Below are positions 1 to 9,338 of a stretch of 64,000 bases of DNA, piece after piece (positions within the stretch are counted from its first letter, which is position 1; the number at the start of each line of letters is the position of its first letter). The notes under the pieces were generated by a model. The model ran no database searches. It worked only from the letters and a program-made list of their open reading frames with translations, and had not been told where the DNA came from. Made by a program: the position numbers and the translations under genes. This stretch comes from Alphaproteobacteria bacterium (lineage in GTDB: Bacteria > Pseudomonadota > Alphaproteobacteria > UBA7887), in NCBI GenBank assembly GCA_965216755.1, contig CBDCGL010000011.1:768001-832000 (forward strand). Reading direction: 5' to 3'.

Positions 1-923
1 GCGATCAGGGCATAAGCGCCTTCTGGATATTGCGCCAAATAAGCTTCAAAGAGCGCCGGATTGCCGCTGTCTTGTATCGATTGCCAGAATACCGTTTCTT
101 TGTCCGCGGCCGCTTTCGTCATGTCTTCGACGGTTTCGTCCGACGCCTCGGGCGAGGGGTTGAAAAAGAAATCACCGGTAAGCGACGAGGCTTCCCACGG
201 CACCTGGAAGTCTTGGGTTTCGGCCATCACTCGAACGCGAACATTCTTGAAAACTTCTTCGACCTTCAGTCCGGGTTCGCGGATCATCGTCGCCAACGCC
301 GCGGTGAAGGGGCTGTTAGGTTCATTTGGGTCACCATCGGACGCCACATCGCCAGGGGCGGTCGCGTACGAAATGTAGGCGCCGGTCGGGGCGCGCATCT
401 CCGCCAGCCCCCGCGCGCTGGCGCGGAAGCTGCGTTTGAATGGATTGTTGCGACAGGCATCCAGAATCAGAATGTTGAGGGCATTGCCGGCGAACTCCAT
501 GCCGCCGAGCACCCAATCGGCGGCCACCGCCTCAACTTCTAAGTCGCGTTCACGCAGTATCGGCGCACCGAGCGGAATCAGATAATTGCGGCCGTTTGCC
601 TGGACCCCATGGCCGGCGTAATAGAACAAACCGACTGCATCTTTGCCGGCCTTTTCCAATTTCTCGCTGAATTCGGCGATCGCGGTCTTCATCTGGCGTT
701 GGTCGACATCGATCGCGCTCAGCACTTCGAATCCGACCGCATGCAATGTCGCCGCCACGAGGCTGGCATCGTTGGCCGGGTTTGCGAGCGATGGGATTTC
801 CGTATAGGCGCCGTTGCCGACGACCAGGGCAATGCGCTGCTGCGCGATCGCCGGTCCGTGAACGCAGGCCAACACAAAGACACAGACAACGAATTGGACA
901 CTTCGAAGCTTCAATCGGCCCAT
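1..923 (-). CDS. Secreted caspase-family (peptidase C14) protein, C-terminus beyond the left edge
   Basis: Hand translation from ATG at 923 (GGAGG RBS upstream): signal-like MGRLKLRSVQFVVCVFVLACVHGPAIA, then RIALVVGNGAY, LFYYAGHG (catalytic His), ILDACRNNP (catalytic Cys), YATAPG, SPFTAAL. The frame stays open to the window edge. Not in the supplied ORF track. Confidence 0.9.
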   Translation of the reverse strand, partial: MGRLKLRSVQFVVCVFVLACVHGPAIAQQRIALVVGNGAYTEIPSLANPANDASLVAATLHAVGFEVLSAIDVDQRQMKTAIAEFSEKLEKAGKDAVGLFYYAGHGVQANGRNYLIPLGAPILRERDLEVEAVAADWVLGGMEFAGNALNILILDACRNNPFKRSFRASARGLAEMRAPTGAYISYATAPGDVASDGDPNEPNSPFTAALATMIREPGLKVEEVFKNVRVRVMAETQDFQVPWEASSLTGDFFFNPSPEASDETVEDMTKAAADKETVFWQSIQDSGNPALFEAYLAQYPEGAYALI

Positions 924-1066
924 GATCGCCGAACCTCCCGTCTGTATTATGGCTCCCATAACGGGACACCGTAAAGACACGACAAGTAGACATCTGATTC
1001 CGATTTCGTTCTGACCGGGGTTGGCGGTACGGTGGTTCGTCATAACTCAATCTGAGACTGGTGCCC

Positions 1067-2221
1067 ATGCAATTGACCCCAGAACACGAAGCTTTGCGCG
1101 CCTCCGTAGGGCGTTTTATCGACCAGGAAATCAATCCGCATGTCGATGACTGGGAAGCCGCCGAGGATTTTCCCGCACACGGCCTATTTAGGAAACTGGG
1201 CGATGCGGGTTTCTTGGGCGTTACCAAGCCGAATGCATATGGCGGCATGGGGCTGGACTATTCCTATGCGATGGTGTTGGCCGAGGCCCTCGGGCATGTG
1301 CACTGCGGTGGTGTGCCGATGGCGATCGGGGTGCAAACCGACATGTGTACGCCTGCATTGGCACGGTTTGGCGAGGACCGTTTGTGTCGGGAATTCCTGG
1401 CACCGGCAATCGCCGGTGAAGCGATCGGCTGTATCGGCGTCAGCGAACCAGGTGGGGGATCCGATGTCGCGGCGATCCGCACAAATGCCCGCGCCGATGG
1501 CGACGACTACGTCATCGACGGGCACAAGATCTGGATAACCAATGGCGCCCACGCCGATTGGACGTGCTTGCTGGCCAACACGGGCGATGGCCCTGCCCAC
1601 CACAACAAGTCATTGATCATTGTACCGATGAAGACACCTGGCGTTACGGTCGCGCGCCGAATTCGGACGCTCGGCATGTGGTCATCGGACACGACGGAAA
1701 TTCTGTTTGACTCCGTGCGGGTTCCAAAGCGCAACCGCATCGGCGACGAAAACAAAGGTTTCATTTACCAGATGTTGCAATTCCAAGAGGAGCGCTTGTG
1801 GGCCGGCGCCAATATGGTCGCCATGCTGGACGACGCCATTGTCGATGTGGCCGCGTATACGCGCGACAGGCATGTATTCGGGCGACCGGTACTAAACAAT
1901 CAGGTCGTGCACTTCCGGCTGAGCGAACTTGCCACGGAAGTGGAGAGTTTGCGCGCACTGGTTTACCGCGCCACCGAGGACTATATCGCAGGGCAAGACG
2001 TGACCCGATTGGCATCGATGGTCAAACTAAAGGCTGGACGGCTAGGGCGCGAAGTCGCGGATGCGTGCCTTCAATACTACGGAGCCCAGGGCTATGTTTG
2101 GGACTCACGCATCGCACGGCTTTATCGCGACGTTCGGTTGGCGTCGATTGGCGCTGGCGCCGATGAAGTGATGCTTTCGATTATTTCTCGTCTCGACGGC
2201 TTCGCGCCGGACGGCCGCTAA
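1067..2221 (+). CDS. atuD: Acyl-CoA dehydrogenase, citronellyl-CoA dehydrogenase (AtuD)-like
   Basis: ACAD motifs (SEPGGGSD, KIWITNG, YRDVRLASIGAGADEVM); N-terminus resembles AtuD; adjacent to geranyl-CoA carboxylase-like subunits. Confidence 0.75.
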   Translation: MQLTPEHEALRASVGRFIDQEINPHVDDWEAAEDFPAHGLFRKLGDAGFLGVTKPNAYGGMGLDYSYAMVLAEALGHVHCGGVPMAIGVQTDMCTPALARFGEDRLCREFLAPAIAGEAIGCIGVSEPGGGSDVAAIRTNARADGDDYVIDGHKIWITNGAHADWTCLLANTGDGPAHHNKSLIIVPMKTPGVTVARRIRTLGMWSSDTTEILFDSVRVPKRNRIGDENKGFIYQMLQFQEERLWAGANMVAMLDDAIVDVAAYTRDRHVFGRPVLNNQVVHFRLSELATEVESLRALVYRATEDYIAGQDVTRLASMVKLKAGRLGREVADACLQYYGAQGYVWDSRIARLYRDVRLASIGAGADEVMLSIISRLDGFAPDGR

Positions 2222-2236
2222 TTCCGTCTTTGCACC

Positions 2237-4180
2237 ATGATCGACTATGCATCCCTCGGTCCGTTGCTGATCGCAAATCGCGGTGAAATTGCTTGCCGCG
2301 TCATGCGCACGGCGCGGACACTCGGTTTGCGGACCATAGCCATTTACAGCGACGCCGATGCGACCGCGCCCCATGTGCTATCGGCCAACACGGCTGTGCG
2401 GATCGGGCCTGCACCGGTTGGCGAGTCTTATTTGTCGTTCAACGCCATTCTCGCGGCTGCACGACAGACGGGTGCTCGCGCGGTGCATCCGGGCTATGGG
2501 TTTCTCGCGGAGAATGCCGATTTCGCGGCGGCTTGCGTAGACGCCGACCTGATCTTTGTTGGTCCCGCACCCGAGGTTATACGGCTGATGGGTGACAAAC
2601 GCGCGGCCAAAGAGCGTATGTTGGCAGCCGGGGTGCGGTGTGTACCCGGTTGGCAAGGGGCGGCGCAAGACGAGAAAAGCCTGACCGCCGCCGCGCGCGA
2701 AGTGGGGTTCCCGCTCATGATCAAGGCCGCGGCGGGCGGCGGCGGCCGCGGCATGCGTCGCGTCGAAAGATCTGACGATCTTGCCGAGACCCTTGACGCA
2801 GCGCGGCGCGAAGCGATCGGCGCGTTCGGCGATGGGACGCTGATACTGGAAGCGGCAATCGATGGCGGGCGCCATATCGAAGTTCAAATATTTGGTGATC
2901 GGCGCGGCAACATAATTCATTTGGGCGAACGGGATTGCTCGGTGCAACGGCGCCATCAAAAGATCATCGAAGAGGCTCCGGCGCCAAACCTGCCTGACGC
3001 GACGCGGCGCGCCGTGCATGACGCTGCTGTTCGCGTCGCCGGCGCGATCGGGTACGAGGGTGCGGGTACCGTCGAGTTCCTCGTCGACCAATCGTACAAT
3101 GTTTATTTCATGGAAATGAATACACGCCTTCAAGTCGAACATGGTGTGACCGAAGCCATCACCGGCGAGGACTTGGTTGCCTGGCAACTTGCTGTCGCCG
3201 CGGGCGCGCCACTACCGAAACGCCAAGACCAAATTTCATCTGACGGCCATGCCATAGAAGTGCGCCTCTATGCCGAAGATGCCAACAACGGCTTCGCGCC
3301 GCAGACCGGGCGTATCGCGCAATGGCGTGTTCCGAATCGGACGGCAATCCGAGTCGATGACGCTCTTGAAGTGGGGCAGCCGATCACCCACCACTATGAC
3401 CCGATGCTGGCAAAGATCATCGCGCACGGCACCACGCGCGATCAGGCCCGCGCAGATCTTGTGAATGCCATCTCGGAGACGGAAATACTTGGCGTGACAT
3501 CGAACAAGTATTTCTTGCGGCAAATTTTGACGAATGACACCTTTGTCACCGGCGACGCGACAACGGATTTCGTTGAAAAGGTCTTTCCCGCCCCGGCCGA
3601 CACCAACAGCCCGTCGGCGCATACTCGTGCCGTTGCGGCTGTTTTGCTTTTCGATCGGGATGCGGGTCCGGCAGCGGACGGTTGGCGCAATAGCGGCGTG
3701 GCGCGCTGGCCGGTGCAGTTGTGCGCGGCTAACGTTGAGTCCAATCTGTGGGTGGAAACTATCGGATCGCACCAACGCCGCGTCTCAATTGCCGATCAGG
3801 AAATTATTATTGACGTCAAAGATACCATAAAACTCATCGCGACCGCTTTCCACGATGGTGTGCTTTTCATGGACGACGGCTCTGGCGTGTTTGCTTTTCA
3901 GGACGCGACTTACGCGCCCGCCGACATGTTGGGCGGACCAGCCGATGGTCGCGTCACAGCGGCAATGAGTGGTCGCGTGCTGCAAGTGACGGCGGCCAAG
4001 GGTGACAGAATCGAGAAGGGCGAACGTTTGTTTGTGTTGGAATCCATGAAAATGGAGCATCAGTTGAGTAGCGACATCTCTGGAATCGTAATCGACGTCT
4101 TGGTTTGCGATGGCGAACAGGTGCAGGCGGGTCAAGTTCTGGCCTTCATTGACAGCGCACGCGACGCCGATGATGGATGA
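2237..4180 (+). CDS. atuF: Acyl-CoA carboxylase alpha subunit (biotin carboxylase + biotin carrier), AtuF/MccA-like
   Basis: LIANRGEIA, HPGYGFLAEN, GGGGRGMR, ERDCSVQRRHQK, EMNTRLQVEH, and a C-terminal ESMKME biotinylation site. Confidence 0.75.
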   Translation: MIDYASLGPLLIANRGEIACRVMRTARTLGLRTIAIYSDADATAPHVLSANTAVRIGPAPVGESYLSFNAILAAARQTGARAVHPGYGFLAENADFAAACVDADLIFVGPAPEVIRLMGDKRAAKERMLAAGVRCVPGWQGAAQDEKSLTAAAREVGFPLMIKAAAGGGGRGMRRVERSDDLAETLDAARREAIGAFGDGTLILEAAIDGGRHIEVQIFGDRRGNIIHLGERDCSVQRRHQKIIEEAPAPNLPDATRRAVHDAAVRVAGAIGYEGAGTVEFLVDQSYNVYFMEMNTRLQVEHGVTEAITGEDLVAWQLAVAAGAPLPKRQDQISSDGHAIEVRLYAEDANNGFAPQTGRIAQWRVPNRTAIRVDDALEVGQPITHHYDPMLAKIIAHGTTRDQARADLVNAISETEILGVTSNKYFLRQILTNDTFVTGDATTDFVEKVFPAPADTNSPSAHTRAVAAVLLFDRDAGPAADGWRNSGVARWPVQLCAANVESNLWVETIGSHQRRVSIADQEIIIDVKDTIKLIATAFHDGVLFMDDGSGVFAFQDATYAPADMLGGPADGRVTAAMSGRVLQVTAAKGDRIEKGERLFVLESMKMEHQLSSDISGIVIDVLVCDGEQVQAGQVLAFIDSARDADDG

Positions 4181-5037
4181 TGATGGACAAGGCGATAATC
4201 ACCTGCGCGCTGACCGGCGTGCTCACCGATCCGACCAAACATCCGGTACCGGTTACAGTCACTGAAATGGCGCAATCGGCACGCGAGGCCTTCGACGCCG
4301 GCGCGACGATCATGCATGTGCATTTTCGTCGCCAAGAGCCTGACCAAGGTCACCTTCCAAGTTGGGAACCTGACGTCGCGGCACCGATCATCGACGCCAT
4401 ACGCGACGTTTGCCCGGGCGTGATCATCAATATGTCCACCGGCGTGATTGGCCCGGATGTATCCGGGCCGTTGGCGTGTCTGGATCGACTGCGACCGGAA
4501 ATCGCCGCCTGCAATGCCGGCACGCTCAACTACCTCAAGACCCGCGCCGATGGGTCATGGGCTTGGCGGCCGATCGTATTTGACAATCCGGTCGACAAGA
4601 TCGAGACGATGCTGGACGCCATGGCGCGCACCAAGACCCATCCGGAATTTGAGTGCTTCGACGTCGGCATTGTGCGCTCTGTCGCACTTTACGTTGAAAA
4701 CGGCATGGCGCAGGCGCCGAGCTATAACTTCGTGATGGGCGTTGCCTCGGGCATGCCGGCAGATGCGGAGCTGCTGCCCTTATTGCTGCGCTATCGGCTG
4801 CCGGACCATCCGTGGCAAGTCACGGCCATCGGGCGTGAAGAGGTCTGGCCCTTGCACCGTCGCGCTGCGGAACTCGGCGGCGCGCTGCGCACGGGCGTTG
4901 AGGATACGTTTTATCTGCCTGATGGGCGCCGGGCGCGCGGCAACGGCGACTTGGTGGACGCGTTGGCGGCTACCGCGCGTCTGGTCGGTCGCGACATCGC
5001 GTCCGCCGAGGAAGCGCGCACGGCATTGAGTATTTAG
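4177..5037 (+). CDS. Beta-keto acid cleavage enzyme (BKACE, DUF849/Kce family)
   Basis: IITCALTG, MHVHFR (HxH), NMSTG, PEFECFD, RTGVEDT (Zn-ligand Glu); 4-bp overlap with the upstream stop. Confidence 0.9.
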   Translation: MMMDKAIITCALTGVLTDPTKHPVPVTVTEMAQSAREAFDAGATIMHVHFRRQEPDQGHLPSWEPDVAAPIIDAIRDVCPGVIINMSTGVIGPDVSGPLACLDRLRPEIAACNAGTLNYLKTRADGSWAWRPIVFDNPVDKIETMLDAMARTKTHPEFECFDVGIVRSVALYVENGMAQAPSYNFVMGVASGMPADAELLPLLLRYRLPDHPWQVTAIGREEVWPLHRRAAELGGALRTGVEDTFYLPDGRRARGNGDLVDALAATARLVGRDIASAEEARTALSI

Positions 5038-5044
5038 GACCGAT

Positions 5045-5707
5045 TTAAGGCGTTGTCGCGGGCGGGATGGTAAAGCCGTGCACTTCGGCGTGGGTCTTGC
5101 CCGATTCAAGTTGTGCGATCCAGCCGGCTTCCTTTTCCATTTTTGCCTGCGCACGGGCGATCACTTCGCGAAGTTCCGTTTGCGGGATAACGACAACACC
5201 GTCGTCGTCGCCGACAATCACATCGCCCGGAACGACGCGAATGCCACCAACGATGATGGGCCCATCAATGATGCCGCGCGGATCAAATCCGGCGCCATGG
5301 GGGGTCGCGCCGCGCGCGTAGACCGGGAAATCGCGGCCCCGGATCTCGCCAATGTCGCGCACCGCGCCGTCAACGACGCACCCAGCATAGCCGCGTTTTG
5401 CGGCGCCAAAAGCCATGATCCCGCCAAGGCTGGCGTGGTCGACGCCACCGCCGCCGTCAATCACCAACACTTCACCGGGATTGCCGAGTGCAATTGTGCA
5501 GATCGCTGCTTCGACCGTGCCGGGGCAAAAGACCGTGCGCGCCTGGCCCACCATCGGCATACCGGGCCGGACCGGCTTGATTGCGCCGGTCATGGTGCCG
5601 CCGCTGAACATCGCATCTGACAGCAACGTCGTGTCGAGTGCGTCAAGGGCGCGGCGCGTTTCATCGTCGAGTGGCGCGAAGTCAGTTTTGTGACGCGTGA
5701 TTGTCAT
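5045..5707 (-). CDS. RraA family / HMG-CHA aldolase-like protein
   Basis: LSDAM, GEVLVIDGGG, VVDGAVRD, PGDVIVGDDDGVVVIP motifs. Confidence 0.85.
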   Translation of the reverse strand: MTITRHKTDFAPLDDETRRALDALDTTLLSDAMFSGGTMTGAIKPVRPGMPMVGQARTVFCPGTVEAAICTIALGNPGEVLVIDGGGGVDHASLGGIMAFGAAKRGYAGCVVDGAVRDIGEIRGRDFPVYARGATPHGAGFDPRGIIDGPIIVGGIRVVPGDVIVGDDDGVVVIPQTELREVIARAQAKMEKEAGWIAQLESGKTHAEVHGFTIPPATTP

Positions 5708-5779
5708 GCGGTCCAACCATCATGCTTGGGGTTTGAGACGCGCGAACTTAGACAAATTGACCGCCGCGGAAAAGCACTC

Positions 5780-7399
5780 CTAAAACCGCGCGACGCCAAA
5801 ACTGTTTAGCCGCGGTGCGCGAGCGTCGGCCTCACGACATGTCGCCAACACAAAAGCCAACACTTTCCGACTATCGCGTGGATCGACAATGCCATCGTCC
5901 CACAGCCGGGCCGTGGCGTAGTAGGGCGTCGATTCCCGATCAAACTGGGCGATGATCTTGCTTTGCATTTTCTCAAGCGCGGCGTGATCGATCGGTCTGC
6001 CGGTGCGCGCCAATTTCTCTTCCGTAATAATCGCCATCACACGCGCGGCCTGCTCACCGCCCATCACTGAAATGCGGCTGTTCGGCCAGGCAAACAAGAA
6101 GCGCGGATCATAGGCGCGTCCGCACATACCAAAATTGCCGGCGCCAAATGAACCGCCGATAATCAAGGTGATTTGCGGTACCGTGGCGTTGGATACAGCT
6201 TGGATCATCTTTGATCCGTGTTTGACAATGCCGGCTTCTTCGGCCGCGCGCCCGACCATGTAGCCCGTGGTGTTCTGGAGGTAGAGAATTGGTGTGCCGG
6301 ATTGGCAGCACAGCTGTATGAACTGGCCCGCCTTCGCGGCACCGTCGGGGTCGATTGGACCGTTGTTGCCGATGATGCCGACACCGTGACCATCTAGGGC
6401 TGCGTGACCACAAACCGTGTGGGCGCCATAGGTCGACTTGAAATCCAGAAACGCCGATGCGTCGACCAACCGGGCAATAACTTCGCGTACGTCATAGGGC
6501 TTGCGGTAGTCAACCGGTACCAGCCCGCACAACTCGTCGATGTCGTAGTGCGGCATCGGTGCCGTCCCGCGCGTCGATGAGCCGCTTTGCCAGGTGCGCG
6601 CCAACATGGCCATGATTTCGCGGGCAATGCGAATGGCATCGGCGTCGTTTTCGGCGACATATTCCGCCGTGCCTGAAACATTGGCGTGCAGCATGGCGCC
6701 ACCGAGGCTTTCGTCATCGGCGATTTCGCCAGTCGCAGCCTTCAGCAAGGGCGGGCCCGCGAGGAAAATCTTGGCGCGGTCGCGGACCACGACGACATAG
6801 TCCGACAAACCGGGAAGATAGGCGCCGCCCGCCGTCGATGATCCATGAACAACGGTGATTTGCGGTATGCCTGCTGCCGACAGGCGCGCTTGGTTGGCGA
6901 ACGTGCGGCCACCTTCGACAAAGATCTCGGCTTGGTGCAACAAATCGGCACCGGCGCTTTCGGCCAGCGTGATCAGCGGAAGCTTGTTCTCGAAAGCGAT
7001 TGTGTGTGCGCGCAGCAATTTGCGCAGCCCGGCCGGCGTCATGGCGCCGCCTTTGATAGCGCTGTCGTGAGCGACAACGAGGGCGCGGACGCCCTGTACA
7101 AATCCGATTCCGGTGATCAGGCCGCCGCCCGTAATGGCTTCGCCGCCATCGTCATCGTGCATGCCGAAGCCAGCGAGCGTCGAAAGTTCCAAGAGTGGCG
7201 CGCCACGATCGAGCAGGTATGAGAGGCGTTCACGCGGCAGCAACTGGCCACGCGCTTCGAAACGCGGTTTCGCGCGCGCCGAGCGATCACGGACACGCTT
7301 TTCGGCGTCACGAAACGCATCGATCAGCGCCGTCATTGCGGCACGCTGTTCACGAAAGCGCTTGTCCGTGGGATCGACCCGTGACGTGAGTGGTGGCAC
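5780..7399 (-). CDS. atuC: Acyl-CoA carboxylase beta (carboxyltransferase) subunit, AtuC-like
   Basis: KGGAMTPAGLRK..ENKLPLITLAESAGADL, GSSTAGGAY and the NSFGVARF C-terminus fit AtuC better than MccB/LiuB. Confidence 0.75.
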   Translation of the reverse strand: MPPLTSRVDPTDKRFREQRAAMTALIDAFRDAEKRVRDRSARAKPRFEARGQLLPRERLSYLLDRGAPLLELSTLAGFGMHDDDGGEAITGGGLITGIGFVQGVRALVVAHDSAIKGGAMTPAGLRKLLRAHTIAFENKLPLITLAESAGADLLHQAEIFVEGGRTFANQARLSAAGIPQITVVHGSSTAGGAYLPGLSDYVVVVRDRAKIFLAGPPLLKAATGEIADDESLGGAMLHANVSGTAEYVAENDADAIRIAREIMAMLARTWQSGSSTRGTAPMPHYDIDELCGLVPVDYRKPYDVREVIARLVDASAFLDFKSTYGAHTVCGHAALDGHGVGIIGNNGPIDPDGAAKAGQFIQLCCQSGTPILYLQNTTGYMVGRAAEEAGIVKHGSKMIQAVSNATVPQITLIIGGSFGAGNFGMCGRAYDPRFLFAWPNSRISVMGGEQAARVMAIITEEKLARTGRPIDHAALEKMQSKIIAQFDRESTPYYATARLWDDGIVDPRDSRKVLAFVLATCREADARAPRLNSFGVARF

Positions 7400-7408
7400 G
7401 GCGAGTCC

Positions 7409-8140
7409 TCAAGCTATTAGTTCGAGTAAAGCTTCGAGCATCGCCGCGGTCTCAGCGTCGAAACAGCCGTCCACACGCGACGGCCGAAAATGGCGCTGAA
7501 AGGCCAAGACGACATCGCGCGTCTTGTCGTCAAAGTGACCATCCGTCGCGACCGCATAGCCATACGCCGCCAACGCCGATTGAGCGGCGGTGACAGATGA
7601 ACCTTTGTCGCCCAACTCTACAGGCGATCGTGTGGTCCTCAACGCGGCGGGTTCAGCCCACAAGCCTATGCCCTTGGCCGCCAGGCGACGCCAATCGAAC
7701 AGCTCGCCCGGGTCCTGTTTGCGCGACGGCGCCACGTCCGAATGGCCCAAAACGCGCCGCCGCGGAATTGGATGGCGCCTCAATATGTCCCACGCCAATT
7801 CCTCAAGCGCTACCATCTGCGCTTCGGGATAAGGCTGATAGCCGAATTCGTGCCCGGGATTTTCCAGCTCTATGCCGATCGATAAGTTATTGATATCGGT
7901 TTCGCCGGCCCAGGCGCTGATGCCCGCATGCCAAGCGCGCCGTGCCTCGGGCACAAGACGAAATATGGTCCCCGATGTCTCGATAAAATAGTGAGCACTC
8001 ACATCGACATCCGGGTCGCAGAGGCGATCGAGCGCCGCGTCGGGGGACTGCATACCAGTGTAATGCAGCACCAGCATGTCAATGACACGGTCCGCGCTGC
8101 GCGCATCGTTAGACGGGGAAGGACGATCTACAAGATTCAC
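7409..8140 (-). CDS. N-acetylmuramoyl-L-alanine amidase (AmpD/AmiD family) with C-terminal PG-binding domain
   Basis: VLHYTG, VSAHY, RAWHAG, SIGIELEN, GHSDVAPSRKQDPG, AFQRHF; GTG start at 8140 chosen. Confidence 0.9.
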   Translation of the reverse strand: MNLVDRPSPSNDARSADRVIDMLVLHYTGMQSPDAALDRLCDPDVDVSAHYFIETSGTIFRLVPEARRAWHAGISAWAGETDINNLSIGIELENPGHEFGYQPYPEAQMVALEELAWDILRRHPIPRRRVLGHSDVAPSRKQDPGELFDWRRLAAKGIGLWAEPAALRTTRSPVELGDKGSSVTAAQSALAAYGYAVATDGHFDDKTRDVVLAFQRHFRPSRVDGCFDAETAAMLEALLELIA

Positions 8141-8341
8141 AATACAACCACACTGCCCGAATTGCGCGGAACCAAAGCGCTGGCAAAGTTTCGTGGATGA
8201 ACGCAGCATCGAAATCTATTCGGAATCGCCTTCTTGTGCGAGAGCGTGACTGGCCGAGAGGTCAGCGGAGGCGGCGATTTCGCCGCCCCTGTGCCGAATT
8301 CGAAACGGTCTCTTTCTGGACCGCCTGGCTGGCCATCAGAC

Positions 8342-9166
8342 CTAACGGAACAATCCCAAAAGGGTTTGCGGAGCGGAGTTTGCAATGCCCAAGGTCTGCA
8401 CGGCTAGCTGTTGCTTGACCTGTAGCGCCTGAAGCTTTGCGGATTCCTTGGCCAGGTCAGCATCAACGATGGAGCCGAGACCTTCCTCGACCGAATCGGA
8501 GATCGAGGACAGGAAGCTATCCTGGAAGTCGAGGGCGCGGAAGTCAGCACCCAACTGGCCCAATGCCGTGTTGACCACAGCGATGACCGAATTGACCGCC
8601 GTCAGCGCCGCCGACGCAGCCGTTGTCGACGCCAAGGTTTGCGCGTTCAAAAGACTGTAGGCGTTGGCCTCCAGATCTTGCGCCCGAACAGTCAAAGCGC
8701 CGCCGGTCGTGTCCGCGATGACGTTCACGTTGGTACCACCCGACTCGAGGATGTTTCGGCCGTTGAATTCAGCGTTTTGAATGAAATTCAAAACCTGGCC
8801 GACCAGTTCAGAATAGTCCGCGTTGAGGATATTCTGCTGCTCGGTCGTGTTACCGGGGTTCAACCCCTCGATAATCTTGGCTTTGATGTCTTGCAGCAGA
8901 TCCGACACGGCGGTGGCACCGGCAACACCAACGGATGCCACGCCTTGGCCGTTGGAGAGACCTTGACGAACCGCGCCAATGGCTTTGATTTCAGCTCGAA
9001 TGCCCTGGGCGATCGCGAAGTTTGACGCGTTGTCTTTGGCGCCAATAACCTTCAAGCCCGTGGACACACGGTCCTGCGTCTTGCCTAACGCGGTATTCGT
9101 CAGGTTTAGGTTTTTCAGCGCCACAAGGGCGCCGACATTTGTATTGATAGAGTTTTGCAATGCCAT
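8342..9166 (-). CDS. fliC: Flagellin (short, 274 aa, alphaproteobacterial type)
   Basis: SINTNVGALVAL..RVSTGLKV..AKDNAS N-terminus and VDADLAKESAKLQALQVKQQL C-terminus. Confidence 0.95.
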   Translation of the reverse strand: MALQNSINTNVGALVALKNLNLTNTALGKTQDRVSTGLKVIGAKDNASNFAIAQGIRAEIKAIGAVRQGLSNGQGVASVGVAGATAVSDLLQDIKAKIIEGLNPGNTTEQQNILNADYSELVGQVLNFIQNAEFNGRNILESGGTNVNVIADTTGGALTVRAQDLEANAYSLLNAQTLASTTAASAALTAVNSVIAVVNTALGQLGADFRALDFQDSFLSSISDSVEEGLGSIVDADLAKESAKLQALQVKQQLAVQTLGIANSAPQTLLGLFR

Positions 9167-9204
9167 AGTTACACTCCATGCATGCGTGTGAGTGCATTAG
9201 CGTC

Positions 9205-9220
9205 TGCAAAAACTATGCCG
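9205..9220 (-). promoter_or_regulatory. Sigma54 (-24/-12) promoter of flagellin
   Basis: Minus strand reads CGGCATAGTTTTTGCA, with GG-N10-GC spacing matching TGGCAC-N5-TTGCA, about 40 bp upstream of the ATG. Confidence 0.8.
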
Positions 9221-9235
9221 TCTCGACAAGGACTA

Positions 9236-9248
9236 TAAATGATTGATT
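9236..9248 (-). promoter_or_regulatory. IHF-binding site
   Basis: Minus strand AATCAATCATTTA fits WATCAA-N4-TTR, lying between the sigma54 promoter and the enhancer. Confidence 0.65.
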
Positions 9249-9304
9249 TATAAATCGTAATGCGCCGAGGGACAGGCCCTGCGACACACTGCTCGGTCGC
9301 CGAG

Positions 9305-9319
9305 GGGCAAGATCTGCCC
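9305..9319. promoter_or_regulatory. ftr-like enhancer (FlbD-type activator site)
   Basis: Palindrome GGGCA-AGATC-TGCCC fits the GGCAR-N3-YTGCC core, about 120 bp upstream of the inferred start site. Confidence 0.65.
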
Positions 9320-9338
9320 GCCGGTTTTGGTGCGTTCT

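Noticed and set aside
550-1248. 232-aa minus-strand ORF in the track
   Set aside because: Wrong frame; the real gene here is the caspase-like ORF starting at 923.
8230-8341. Structured flagellin 3' region (GGCGGCGA-TT-TCGCCGCC hairpin) as an ncRNA such as RNase P RNA
   Set aside because: No RNase P signature and too short; probably a stabilising or terminating hairpin without a clear U-tract.
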